Below, piece after piece: positions 29,159 through 39,129 of a DNA stretch of 64,000 nucleotides. The DNA is from Candidatus Krumholzibacteriota bacterium (GTDB lineage: Bacteria; Krumholzibacteriota; Krumholzibacteriia; JAJRXK01): positions 1 to 64,000 of the forward strand of contig CAVXTH010000004.1 of the NCBI GenBank assembly GCA_963764625.1, given 5' to 3'. Position 1 is the stretch's first letter. The number at the start of each line of letters is the position of its first letter. The translations under genes were made by a program, and so were the position numbers. The notes under the pieces were generated by a model. The model did not search any database, was not told the origin of the DNA, and saw only the letters and a list, made by a program, of their open reading frames with translations.

Positions 29159-30625
29159 TTACAGGAGGGAATCTCCGAGAGCTCTTTTGGCGATGCCCTC
29201 GAGCATCCCTTTGAAGACGAGGCCATGGACCGGGTACAGAGCGTACCAATAGAGCAGACCGAAAAGGCCATGTGGGTCATAGACCGCGATCTGATGAATG
29301 ACCGAGCCCCTCGTCGTCGGCTCGATCTTGAATTCGAGCCAGGCTTGCCCTGGAACTCTCATCTCGGCGCGGAGCCGCAACAATCGGTTGGGTTCGACGA
29401 GTTCGACGCGCCAGAAATCGACAGCGTCACCGACGTGAAGGGCCTCCGGATCGCGGCGACCGCGACGCAGGCCGACACCACCGACCAACAGATCGAGCCA
29501 ACCTCGCAGCTTCCAGAGCCACGAATAGGCGTACCAACCCTGCTCACCGCCGATGCGACGGATGGGTGCGAACGCAGCGGCTGGGGATGCATCGACCTGC
29601 CTCGAGCGAGCGTCCAGCATCCGGTTTCCGAAGCGCATGCCGGCATGACTCTTGAGTGGGCCGGCCGAGGACACGGCATCAAACCAGCTGGTCTCGGCGT
29701 AACGCCGATCCTCATGCCGAAGCGCCAAGGCGATCGCCGCCGTCAGACCTCGCGGCCGCACGCTGAAGACTTCGGATGCCGAATCATCCATGACGACGGT
29801 GGGATGTTCGATGCTCTGGATGAGTTTCCGGCCGATCCGCGCGTAAAGTGGGGTTACCAGGCCCAGCCAAAGACTGGATAGGCGCGGCGTGAGAACAGGT
29901 ACGGGAACCATGAGACGTCGCAGCCCGCGTTGACGTGCATATTCGCGCATCAGATCCCCGTAGGACGCGCGGTCGGCACCTCCAATCTCGACCACCCTGC
30001 TCTCGGCCGGCAACTCCAGGGACTCGACGAGATAATCGAGGAGGTCGTCAATGGCGATGGGCTGAGCTTTCACGTCGACCCATTTGGGCGTCACCATGGC
30101 CGGGAGGCGCTCCACGAGAGAGCGGATCATCTCAAAAGAGAGACTGCCCGAACCAAGGACGATCGAGGCCCGCAGCTCGATCGTGGGAACACCAGAGGCC
30201 CGCAGGATTCGGCCCACTTCATGTCGGCTGCGCAGGTGTGGAGAGAGCTCGTCGTTTTCGTCGGCGAGTCCGCCCAGATACACGATACGACGCACGCTTG
30301 CCTGGCGAGCCGCCGCTGCGAAGTTCTCCGCTCCGAGCCGATCGAGTTCTTCGAACCCCTCGTCGGATCCCATGGCATGCACCATGTAGAAGGCATCGCC
30401 GACTCCGGACAGAGCTTTGTCGAGTGAATCGGCATCGAGGACATCGCCGCGCACGACCTCGGTACCCGGCGCCACGCGACTCTCGAGTCGCTCCGGCGCA
30501 CGCGCCAAACAGCGGACCAAAAGACCGAGGGACTCGAGTCGACGCAGAAGGCGCCCCCCGACATATCCGGTGGCACCCGTCAACAGGATGGGCCTGGTTC
30601 CTTTGCTGTCGTCGGAAACGATCAT
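29159..30625 (-). CDS. Atypical SDR NAD(P)-binding oxidoreductase with DUF2867-like C-terminal domain (YbjT-like)
   Basis: 'LLTGATGYVG', 'SPHLRSRHEVG' and C-terminal 'IGGEQGWY...DFWRVE...LRLRAEMRVPG.AWL'. Confidence 0.9.
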   Translation of the reverse strand: MIVSDDSKGTRPILLTGATGYVGGRLLRRLESLGLLVRCLARAPERLESRVAPGTEVVRGDVLDADSLDKALSGVGDAFYMVHAMGSDEGFEELDRLGAENFAAAARQASVRRIVYLGGLADENDELSPHLRSRHEVGRILRASGVPTIELRASIVLGSGSLSFEMIRSLVERLPAMVTPKWVDVKAQPIAIDDLLDYLVESLELPAESRVVEIGGADRASYGDLMREYARQRGLRRLMVPVPVLTPRLSSLWLGLVTPLYARIGRKLIQSIEHPTVVMDDSASEVFSVRPRGLTAAIALALRHEDRRYAETSWFDAVSSAGPLKSHAGMRFGNRMLDARSRQVDASPAAAFAPIRRIGGEQGWYAYSWLWKLRGWLDLLVGGVGLRRGRRDPEALHVGDAVDFWRVELVEPNRLLRLRAEMRVPGQAWLEFKIEPTTRGSVIHQIAVYDPHGLFGLLYWYALYPVHGLVFKGMLEGIAKRALGDSLL

Positions 30626-30662
30626 GAAACCAGGCTAGACCAGGTCCGAGTCGAGGGCAAGC

Positions 30663-30755
30663 TGGGCCCACCGCCACACCGAATCCACGGCTACCCGGCC
30701 TCTCGATAGTAGCGGTGGTGAAACCGCGGGGCCGCAATGGCGCGCGAAGTGAACA
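30663..30755 (-). mobile_element. Miniature IS relic D (degenerate ends)
   Basis: 'cgaatccacggctacccggcctctcgatagtagcggtggtg' is near-identical to the reverse complement of relic A 14215-14255; minus strand reads HHRYYREAG*. Confidence 0.7.
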
Positions 30756-30791
30756 GATTCGGCGCTGCCAGTGCTACTCCTTCCATTTCGC

Positions 30792-32447
30792 TCAGTGCAT
30801 GTCGATGCGGGCGATCACGTAGGCATGGTCCGTCGCCTTGTCGCCAAGCTGGCCCGGCTTGACACCGATCAGCTCGTTTCCGTGCAAGATTTCGTATTCC
30901 ATGCCGCGCTCTTCGGCGTGTAGCTTCGAGACAATGCCGTGCATGAGGGCCTCTGACTTGCCACGGTGGTTGTAGTCGTAGCGCTCCTCGCGCCGCACGC
31001 GGTCGACGAGGTTGATGCTCTCGTCCCCAAGCATTGCGCGAAGCGTTTCGCTGAACTCGAAGTCATTGAAATCGCCAGTGACGTAGTAATTGATATCGCG
31101 TTTGGTGAGATTCAAGAGCGTGTCCCGCACGAGTAACGCCTGACGTATGCGGGTCTCCATACGTGCATCGAATCCGGGGCGCTCGGGCGCGAAGATACCG
31201 CGCTGGTGACGCTTCGATGCCAGATGTACGTTGATCACCGCGAGCTCGCGATTCGTGCTCAGCATGCGAAACCGCACCATCAGCGGCTTACGAGAATCCT
31301 CGAACGCAGCATCATCAGCGCCGATGCGTTGCACCGATCCCGACGCGATCGCGACGCGCTCAGGATTGTACAGAAACGCGTTGCGAATATTACCGCCAGG
31401 CTGGCCGCCGTCGGCTCCCGGCTGCGGCAGAACGTCCACCCAACGATACGTGGGGCCGCCGACCCTCCCAATGGCACGAACTAGTTTCTTGTAGTTTTCG
31501 TCGGCGTCCACGACATCCGTGATCTCCGCGCCGTCGTTGTCCTGCATTTCTTGAAGCGCAACGATATCGGGCGCCGCCGCATCGCGCGCGATCGCTGCGG
31601 CAAGCATCACGTAGCGGCCATCGGCATCGTCGTCGTCGATGTCGCGGCGCGGATCCTGTACGAGGCTCGGATCTTCGACGCGTGAATCGAGGTTGAACCC
31701 GTTGAGAGTGAGAATTGTAGCCTGCGTTGAGGTGGGCCCCAGCGTCGTTGGCTCGAGTTTGATGCTCGCAGGTCGCACCCGAATGCGCCCCAACGCCGCG
31801 ATCTGATACGACGAGACCCGGTAGTTCAGCGGTCCCACGACCGGAGACAGAAGTTCGGCTCCCACGTTGACCTTCGGCGCTCTCGAGTAGTCGACGATTC
31901 GAAAACTCGGATACCAACGTTCTGGATTGTCCGGATCGACCAGCACTCCGCCGTGTCGCGTGCGCGTTGCGTTGGTTCCAGCCGGCGCGACAACGTAGTC
32001 TCCGAACGGGTTACTCGGGGCCACAAACGTTGCCCCAGCTTCGATTCCCACGAGCATCCCCTCGATGCTATTGAGGTATGCCGCAAGCGCGTCGTTGTCG
32101 AGCGCAATGCGCTCAGCGGTAAGCCACACTGGTTTCAAGCGCGGCCCCTCGTCTGCGAGGGTTCGCGTGTCGACCGCGTGGATTTGCGTGGTGGGGCGTT
32201 CCGCTTCTTCCAAAACGAAGTCCGTTACTTGGCCCTGGACTTCGACAAGCGCGCCAACCGGGGGTTTGCGGCGAGGACTGAACACAAAGACCGCATGCGA
32301 ACAACCCGCTTCGCCGCCATCTGGATTTTGCACAAAAAACCCTTTGTGCGTGGTACCGGTAACGACACCGCGCGCGCACACCTCGGTTCCCGCGAGCGGA
32401 GACCGTAGGCCCGAGCCCTGAATGGCGTGTATGGGAGTGCACTTCAC
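30792..32447 (-). CDS. OB-fold + endonuclease/exonuclease/phosphatase (EEP) nuclease (YhcR/ExeM-like)
   Basis: 'IHAIQG....SPL.G..V...GVVT....GFFVQ' OB domain; EEP motifs 'PDIVALQE', 'NVHLAS', 'GDFND' and 'TDH'. Confidence 0.88.
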   Translation of the reverse strand: MKCTPIHAIQGSGLRSPLAGTEVCARGVVTGTTHKGFFVQNPDGGEAGCSHAVFVFSPRRKPPVGALVEVQGQVTDFVLEEAERPTTQIHAVDTRTLADEGPRLKPVWLTAERIALDNDALAAYLNSIEGMLVGIEAGATFVAPSNPFGDYVVAPAGTNATRTRHGGVLVDPDNPERWYPSFRIVDYSRAPKVNVGAELLSPVVGPLNYRVSSYQIAALGRIRVRPASIKLEPTTLGPTSTQATILTLNGFNLDSRVEDPSLVQDPRRDIDDDDADGRYVMLAAAIARDAAAPDIVALQEMQDNDGAEITDVVDADENYKKLVRAIGRVGGPTYRWVDVLPQPGADGGQPGGNIRNAFLYNPERVAIASGSVQRIGADDAAFEDSRKPLMVRFRMLSTNRELAVINVHLASKRHQRGIFAPERPGFDARMETRIRQALLVRDTLLNLTKRDINYYVTGDFNDFEFSETLRAMLGDESINLVDRVRREERYDYNHRGKSEALMHGIVSKLHAEERGMEYEILHGNELIGVKPGQLGDKATDHAYVIARIDMH

Positions 32448-32486
32448 TGGATTAGCTCGCTCTTCCGAAGTGGGTTACGATTAGGC

Positions 32487-32634
32487 TGTGCCAACCCCTT
32501 CTTCCATTTGTTGTCGTATCCACGGCTACCCGACGTCCCGATAGTAGCGGTGGTGCGGCGCGCCGACCATAGGATGTTTGCGGACCGGCGGGATCGAAAT
32601 GGCGCGCGAAATAGGTTTAAATTGAGATTGAGCA
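32487..32634 (-). mobile_element. Miniature IS relic E
   Basis: Left end TGTGCCAACCCCTTCTTCCAT; 'atccacggctacccg...gatagtagcggtggtg' shared with relic D; 'ggcgggatcgaaat' is the reverse complement of a relic A segment. Right end degenerate, so the end coordinate is approximate. Confidence 0.7.
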
Positions 32635-32813
32635 TCCATGAAACCTATCAGGTCGAACGCTGTAAGTTCAAGTCAGGCAACGCGGATCCAATAAATCGGA
32701 GGGTCAGGACCAATACCCCGAGAATTGGCCTTTGAGGACTGCGTAACGCAATCCACATTTAGGATGGGGATGTTACATGAAACCGCAAGCCAGCTTGTCC
32801 ATGTGAGGAGAAC

Positions 32814-34103
32814 GTGATGACGAAGCGACCGTTCAGCTCTTTCGAGATGGCCCAGCAGCAGTTCGATTCTGCGGCCGACATGCTCGGGCTCGATCAGTCG
32901 GCCCGAGATCTATTGCGATATCCGATGAAAGAGTATTCCTTCGCAATCCCAACCCGCATGGACGATGGGGAAACTAGAATCTTCAGGGGCTTTCGTGTTC
33001 AGCACAACGATGCAAGGGGACCCTGCAAGGGGGGGATACGGTTCCATCCTCTTGAGACTTTGGACACAGTCCGGGCCCTGGCAATGTGGATGACCTGGAA
33101 ATGCGCCGTGGTCGATCTCCCCTTGGGAGGCGGAAAGGGAGGCATTGTCTGCGACCCGCACAATCTCAGTGCACGCGAGCAGGAGTCACTCTGCCGCGGA
33201 TACGTGCGCCGTCTGGGACTGAACATCGGACCACATGTCGACGTGCCAGCCCCAGACATCATGACCACATCTCAGCACATGCTGTGGATGCTGGACGAGT
33301 ACGAGGCCATTCATGGAGATAGGCAGCCTGGCTTCATCACCGGGAAGCCGGTGGGGGTTGGCGGTTCTCAGGGGCGAACCGAAGCCACCGGATTCGGCCT
33401 GGTTTTCACGCTTCGAGAGGCCTTGAAAGAACTCGGACTCCGTGCCGAGGATACTACCGCCAGCGTTCAGGGCTTCGGTAATGTGAGCCGTCACGCCATT
33501 CGGCTCTATCATCAAATCGGGGGAAGAACGATTGCTGTTGCCTGTTGGGATCAGCAGGATCAGACCAGCTACACCTACCGAAAGAAAGACGGTGTGGACC
33601 TTGACGAGTTGGTCGGCATTTCCGATCGTTTCGGCGGTTTAGACCGCGCCAAGGCCCAGGATCTCGGGTACGAAGTCCTTTCGGGGGAAGCCTGGCTCGA
33701 GCAGGACGTCGACATCCTGATCCCCGCGGCTCTCGAGAACCAGATTACAGCCGAGAACGCTGGGCAGATCCGCCCTCAAGTCAAGATCTTGGCGGAGGGA
33801 GCTAACGGTCCCACGACCCCGGAGGCCGACGAGATTCTCCAGGAACGGGGCGTGTACCTGATTCCCGATCTCCTTGCCAATGCCGGTGGTGTCACCTGTA
33901 GCTACTTCGAGCAGGTGCAGAGCAACATGAACTACTACTGGGACCTGGATGAGGTTCTCGGAAAGCTCGACGTAAGGATGACGAGCGCCTTCATGGCGGT
34001 GAACGGATTAGCGCAAAGGAAGAAGCTTCCCATGCGCACGGCCGCCTATGTCCTTGCACTCGATCGGGTGACCCAGGCTTGCCGCGACCGTGGCTGGATC
34101 TAG
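32814..34103 (+). CDS. gdhA: Glu/Leu/Phe/Val dehydrogenase, glutamate dehydrogenase
   Basis: KGGIRFHP, MTWKCA, GGGKGG, DVPAPD, GRTEATG, VQGFGNV, EGANGP and NAGGVTCSYFE motifs. Confidence 0.93.
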   Translation: MMTKRPFSSFEMAQQQFDSAADMLGLDQSARDLLRYPMKEYSFAIPTRMDDGETRIFRGFRVQHNDARGPCKGGIRFHPLETLDTVRALAMWMTWKCAVVDLPLGGGKGGIVCDPHNLSAREQESLCRGYVRRLGLNIGPHVDVPAPDIMTTSQHMLWMLDEYEAIHGDRQPGFITGKPVGVGGSQGRTEATGFGLVFTLREALKELGLRAEDTTASVQGFGNVSRHAIRLYHQIGGRTIAVACWDQQDQTSYTYRKKDGVDLDELVGISDRFGGLDRAKAQDLGYEVLSGEAWLEQDVDILIPAALENQITAENAGQIRPQVKILAEGANGPTTPEADEILQERGVYLIPDLLANAGGVTCSYFEQVQSNMNYYWDLDEVLGKLDVRMTSAFMAVNGLAQRKKLPMRTAAYVLALDRVTQACRDRGWI

Positions 34104-34129
34104 CAGCGCTGCAGTAGTCGGAGTGAGGA

Positions 34130-35884
34130 ATGTCTAAAGAGTCCCAGCCGCAATCGATTCCAGCGTTCGACCGCACGTGGACGGCTTCCGGCGGCGTCAG
34201 TCGAATTGGCACCGGGGATATCGGCGGCAAGGCGCAGGGTTTGCTCCAACTCCGTGACTTGATTTCATGCATGGATTCTTCCGCATTCGAGCCGATCGAG
34301 ATTATCGTACCGACGTTCACTGTGGTCGCCACCGACGTGTTCGATGCGTTCCTCGACCGAAATGAACTCCACGGCCTTGCTCAGTCCGGGGAATCGGATG
34401 AACGGATTGCCCATGCCTTTCAGAATGCACCGCTTCCCAGTGAGATACTCGGGGACCTGCGTGCACTGACGGAACGGGTCAAGTGGCCCCTGGCAATTCG
34501 GTCTTCCAGCCGACTGGAGGACGCGCTTCTTCGTCCCTTCGCCGGCGTCTATGAGACCAAGATGACACCCAACAACCAGCCGGATGCGAACACAAGATTC
34601 CAGAAGCTGGTAGAGGCGATCAAGTTTGTCTACGCCAGCACGTTCTTCCTCGCGGCCCGGGAGTACCTCAAGACCATACCTGACCAAACGGGTGACGAGA
34701 AGATGGCCGTGATCATCCAAGATGTCGTGGGGGCCCGTCATCAGGAGCGTTTCTACCCCAACCTGTCCGGAGTGGCCCGCACGTTCAACTTTTATCCCCT
34801 CGGGGACGTCGCGCGCGAGAACGGGATAGTCGACCTCGCTCTGGGGCTTGGCAAGATCATCGTGGACGAGGGGATCAGCTATCCGTACGTACCTTCTCAT
34901 CCCAAACGCCCTCCACCGTTCTCATCCGTGCGTGATTTTCTGCAGAACTCCCAGACGGAGTTCTGGGCCGTCAACATGGGGAGGCCGCCGGCCTTCGACC
35001 CAACACGAGAGACGGAGTACCTCGTGCGGGCGACTCTCTCAGACGCCGAGTACGACGGCTCCCTAGCGCACGTGGCTTCAACCTACGATCCCGAGTCGGA
35101 GCGTCTTTCGCCTGGAGTCGGTCGCTTAGGCCCTCGGGTTCTGAGTTTCGCACCACTGCTCCTCCTCGACGAGTTCCCCTTCAACGCGGCCGTCTCGACT
35201 GTGATGAAAGAGTCCAGACGCAAGTTAGGAAGTGATGTAGAGATCGAATTTGCCATGACTTTTCCCGGTTCCCGACAGAGTGGGAATCCCTGTCTTGGCT
35301 TTGTCCAGGTTCGGCCTATGGTGACTTCCGACGAGATCGTCGATATCGATCCAGCCGAGCGTGAAGCTCCGAACCTCCTATTGTCCTCTGAGCGTGTGAT
35401 GGGGAACGGGACTGTGGCAGACATCCGGGATGTCATCTATACCAAACCCAAGGGTTTCGACCTGTCCAATACACAGGCAATCGCCGATCAACTCACGCAG
35501 TTCAACTCCAAACTTCTTGCGGCTGGGCGACCATACCTTCTCATCGGATTCGGGAGATGGGGTAGCTCGGATCCGTGGCTAGGAATCCCAGTCAAGTGGG
35601 GCCAGGTGAGCGGTGCCCGAGCTATCGTAGAGGCCACACTTGCGGAGCGTGTGATCGAGGCCAGTCAGGGGACGCACTTTTTCCACAATATCACGAGCTT
35701 CGGGGTTAGCTATTTTCATGTGAGCGGCAGCGCGACCCCGGGAATCCAGTGGGATTGGCTTGACTCCAGAGTCGCTGATCTGGAGACCGAGCACTTGCGA
35801 CACATCTGCCTTGATAGGCCCCTCACCGTGAAGGTGGACGGACGGTCCGGCCTGGGCGGCATCTGGTTTCCGGAATCGGCCTGA
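34130..35884 (+). CDS. PEP/pyruvate-binding (PPDK_N ATP-grasp) domain protein with putative His-swivel-like C-terminus
   Basis: 'IGGKA', 'PLAIRSSS.LED...FAG.Y.T', 'MAVIIQ', 'GLG' and 'VEIEFA' motifs; C-terminal 'GRWGS' and 'SQGTHFF'. Confidence 0.85.
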   Translation: MSKESQPQSIPAFDRTWTASGGVSRIGTGDIGGKAQGLLQLRDLISCMDSSAFEPIEIIVPTFTVVATDVFDAFLDRNELHGLAQSGESDERIAHAFQNAPLPSEILGDLRALTERVKWPLAIRSSSRLEDALLRPFAGVYETKMTPNNQPDANTRFQKLVEAIKFVYASTFFLAAREYLKTIPDQTGDEKMAVIIQDVVGARHQERFYPNLSGVARTFNFYPLGDVARENGIVDLALGLGKIIVDEGISYPYVPSHPKRPPPFSSVRDFLQNSQTEFWAVNMGRPPAFDPTRETEYLVRATLSDAEYDGSLAHVASTYDPESERLSPGVGRLGPRVLSFAPLLLLDEFPFNAAVSTVMKESRRKLGSDVEIEFAMTFPGSRQSGNPCLGFVQVRPMVTSDEIVDIDPAEREAPNLLLSSERVMGNGTVADIRDVIYTKPKGFDLSNTQAIADQLTQFNSKLLAAGRPYLLIGFGRWGSSDPWLGIPVKWGQVSGARAIVEATLAERVIEASQGTHFFHNITSFGVSYFHVSGSATPGIQWDWLDSRVADLETEHLRHICLDRPLTVKVDGRSGLGGIWFPESA

Positions 35885-35937
35885 AGCCGGGACAAGAACT
35901 TCACGCCGGAAGCCCGAGCGTCAGGAGGAGATAGACG

Positions 35938-38900
35938 ATGCCAGCCCCCGAACGTCCAGCTGTGAAACTTCTCAAGGCTCTCCAGGAACGGGCGAAGGAA
36001 CTGAACTGTCTTTACGGCGTTGACGAGGTGCTCAGCCGATCGGAAGCGCAAGAAGACGACGTTTACAAGGATCTCCTGGAAATCATCCCACCTGGCTGGC
36101 AGTACCCCGACGTGTGCCAGGCCCGAATCACGATCGGACGGCACGCCTACGCGTCCGCTGCCTACAAAGAAACAAAGTGGACTCTGAACTCAGACATTAC
36201 AGTTCGCGGCGAGAAGGTGGGGGATGTGGCCGTCTCCTACGTGGAGGAGCTCCCACACATAGACCGTGACAGTCCCTTTCTCGCTGAGGAGCGCCGACTC
36301 ATTCTGGCCATCGCCGAGCGCATAAGTCTCTTCGTCCTTCAACGCCGCCTGAGGCGCGATCACGAGACTTGGGAGCGAGCAGTTCACGGAATCGAAGATC
36401 GCGGAGAGAGACCCTGGCTGGTCCTGCTCGACTTCCTCCAGCGCACCGACAAAAATCTTTTCGCCCGAATCGCACGAAAGATGGTCAATCATCTTTGTTG
36501 GAACGACGTTGCGAAGGCGCATGATCTCTTGGAGGCGAGTTTTGCGTTCATCGAAAAAGAGGGCGAATCGGACGACAACCGACCACTCGAGAAACGTCAA
36601 TTCGCCGACATGGCTACGTGGGCAAAGACCGTCTTCGAGACAGCGGCGGAGCATCTCAGTGATGCGGAGATCATTTCCAACGTTCAGGCTTGGATCAACG
36701 AGGAGAATTCCACTTACCTGATCAAGTCGCTGGAAAACCCCGGCACGGGCTTGTCGGAATTGTCTGATGCCGTCATTCGGTTCAAGAACTCATCCATCAA
36801 CGAGTCCGAGCTGTCTTTCGCCGTCAGGATGAGCCTACGAGTAGCGCTTTTGCGGCGCTTCTTCGTGGACCAACTGGACTTTATCTCTGTGGCCAAGAAA
36901 CACGTCCGCGTGGAGGACTTCTACGACCTCGTCCAACGCTTGATCTATCCTGAGCGGAGCCAGGGAAAGATCGGCGGCAAGGGAGCAGGTCTGTTTCTGG
37001 CCACTCAAGTTGTTCGAAAGGCAACTGAGTACGCGGATTCCCTCCGGAACATCAAGTTTCCAAGGACCTGGTACGTCGCATCTGACGGAATCCTGGATTT
37101 CATTCAGCACAACACACTCAATGAGGTGTACAACCAAAAGTACATGGACATCGAACGAGTGCGACAGGACTACCCGCAAATCATCCAGGTGTTCAAGAAC
37201 TCGCACTTTCCCACGGAAATCGAGAAAGGCCTCGCAGTAGCACTCGATGACCTCGGGGATTGTCCGATCATCGTCCGCAGTTCGAGCATCTTGGAAGATC
37301 GTCAGGGTTCCTCCTTCTCGGGAAAGTACAAGAGCCTCTTTCTCGCCAACCAGGGGTCAAAAGAGGAGCGTCTGGATGCACTGAAGGACGCCATTGCCGA
37401 AGTATACGCCTCGGTGTTTTCCCCAGATCCGATAGAGTACCGAGCCGAACGCGGACTTCTCGACTTCCGCGAAGAGATGGGAATCCTCATCCAACAGGTT
37501 GTGGGATCCCGTATAGGCAAGTACTTCCTGCCCGCTTTTTCGGGAGTCGCCTTTAGCAACAACGAATTCCGATGGTCTCCTCGGATCAAGCGCAGGGATG
37601 GGCTACTCCGTATGGTTCCCGGACTGGGTACTCGCGCAGTAGACCGTGTGAGCAATGACTATCCCATCCTCGTGAGCCCCGGAAACCCGGGGCTTCGAGT
37701 CAACGTCTCTCCCGACGAGACGATTCGGTACTCTCCCCGATGCGTGGACGTCATTGACTTGGAGACGGGCGTTTTCGGTACCGTCGATGCTGTTGCCCTC
37801 TTGCGCGAGACTGGGGACGAGTATCCCATGGCCCGTGAGCTCGTCTCAATCGTCGAGGGGGATCGATTGCGGCGACCGCTAGGCTTGGGCCCGGATTGGG
37901 AGAAAGGCGATTTCGTTATCACTTTCGACGGCCTGATCAGCTCAACTCCATTTGTTGGGCAGATGAACGTCTTGTTGAAGCTCCTCCGAGAGAAGCTTGA
38001 AACACCCGTAGACTTGGAGTTCGCCTGCGATGGACAGGATATCTACATCGTCCAGTGCCGGTCGCAAAGCTCTCGCGCCGAACACGCGCCGGCGGAAATC
38101 CCGCGCGACCTGCCTAGTGATAAGGTACTCTTCTCTGTCAACCGATACGTGTCCAATGGGTATGTGCCGGGAATCTCCCATATCGTATACGTTGATCCCG
38201 ACCAATACTCCCGTCTTTCCGAACTTCGTGAGTTGGCTGATGTTGGCCGGGCGGTCGGCAAGCTGAACAAGCTGCTCCCCAGCCGCCGGTTCATCCTCAT
38301 TGGCCCGGGTAGGTGGGGAAGCCGGGGTGATATCAAGCTCGGGGTGAGTGTGACTTACTCCGATATCAACAATACGGCGGTGCTGATGGAGATAGCCCGG
38401 AAAGCCGGGAACTACCTGCCTGATCTGTCCTTCGGAACTCATTTCTTTCAGGATCTCGTAGAATCTGACATTCGTTACCTGCCGCTCTACGCAGACGAAC
38501 CGGAGACTGTCTTCAAGGAAGACATGCTCCGCCGGGCTACCAACCTTCTCCCGGAGATTCTGCCTGAGTTCACGCACATCGCCGACGTGCTGCGAGTGAT
38601 CGACGTGGCGAAGGAAAGGGATGGAGAGATTCTCAGGATTCTCATGAACGCAGAGTTGCGCCAGGCGGTCGGTGTGTTCGCGAAATCAGAGGCCGTTCCG
38701 GAGCCGAGTTCGCGAACGGAAAGTGCGCCGGAGGCTCCTCCCGAGAGTCACTGGCGGTGGCGAATGCGGATGGCCGAGAAGATTGCAAGCCACCTCGATC
38801 CGACGCGTTTTGGCGTCAAGGCAGTCTACGTGCTCGGGAGCACGAAGAACGCCACCGCCCGGTCTGGCAGCGATCTCGACCTCATCATTCACTTTGCGGG

Positions 38901-39129
38901 CAGCGAGGCTCAGCGCGCAGAACTCCAACTCTGGCTGGAAGGATGGAGCCTTTCCTTGGCAGAGAGCAACTACCTTCGGACTGGCTACAGATCTCAAGGC
39001 TTGCTCGACGTCCACTTCATCAGCGATCAGGACATCGCCAACAAGACGAGCTATGCTGCCAAGATCAATGCCGTGACGGATGCCGCTAGGCAACTCCCCA
39101 TGGCGACTGCACGGAGGAAGGGATCTTAG
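35938..39129 (+). CDS. PPDK_N ATP-grasp protein with N-terminal GAF-like sensory domain and C-terminal nucleotidyltransferase domain
   Basis: N-terminal 'ERAKELNCLY...IPPGWQYP...FL.EER'; 'IGGKG', 'IVRSSS.LED...FSGKY', 'GLGTRAV', 'GRWGS' and 'SFGTHFF'; C-terminal 'VYVLGS........SDLDL'. Confidence 0.85.
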   Translation: MPAPERPAVKLLKALQERAKELNCLYGVDEVLSRSEAQEDDVYKDLLEIIPPGWQYPDVCQARITIGRHAYASAAYKETKWTLNSDITVRGEKVGDVAVSYVEELPHIDRDSPFLAEERRLILAIAERISLFVLQRRLRRDHETWERAVHGIEDRGERPWLVLLDFLQRTDKNLFARIARKMVNHLCWNDVAKAHDLLEASFAFIEKEGESDDNRPLEKRQFADMATWAKTVFETAAEHLSDAEIISNVQAWINEENSTYLIKSLENPGTGLSELSDAVIRFKNSSINESELSFAVRMSLRVALLRRFFVDQLDFISVAKKHVRVEDFYDLVQRLIYPERSQGKIGGKGAGLFLATQVVRKATEYADSLRNIKFPRTWYVASDGILDFIQHNTLNEVYNQKYMDIERVRQDYPQIIQVFKNSHFPTEIEKGLAVALDDLGDCPIIVRSSSILEDRQGSSFSGKYKSLFLANQGSKEERLDALKDAIAEVYASVFSPDPIEYRAERGLLDFREEMGILIQQVVGSRIGKYFLPAFSGVAFSNNEFRWSPRIKRRDGLLRMVPGLGTRAVDRVSNDYPILVSPGNPGLRVNVSPDETIRYSPRCVDVIDLETGVFGTVDAVALLRETGDEYPMARELVSIVEGDRLRRPLGLGPDWEKGDFVITFDGLISSTPFVGQMNVLLKLLREKLETPVDLEFACDGQDIYIVQCRSQSSRAEHAPAEIPRDLPSDKVLFSVNRYVSNGYVPGISHIVYVDPDQYSRLSELRELADVGRAVGKLNKLLPSRRFILIGPGRWGSRGDIKLGVSVTYSDINNTAVLMEIARKAGNYLPDLSFGTHFFQDLVESDIRYLPLYADEPETVFKEDMLRRATNLLPEILPEFTHIADVLRVIDVAKERDGEILRILMNAELRQAVGVFAKSEAVPEPSSRTESAPEAPPESHWRWRMRMAEKIASHLDPTRFGVKAVYVLGSTKNATARSGSDLDLIIHFAGSEAQRAELQLWLEGWSLSLAESNYLRTGYRSQGLLDVHFISDQDIANKTSYAAKINAVTDAARQLPMATARRKGS

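Noticed and set aside
32742-32778. Imperfect inverted repeat (GTAAC...ATCC / GGAT...GTTAC) upstream of gdhA as a nitrogen-regulator site
   Set aside because: The arms are unevenly spaced and match no consensus I can name; single occurrence.
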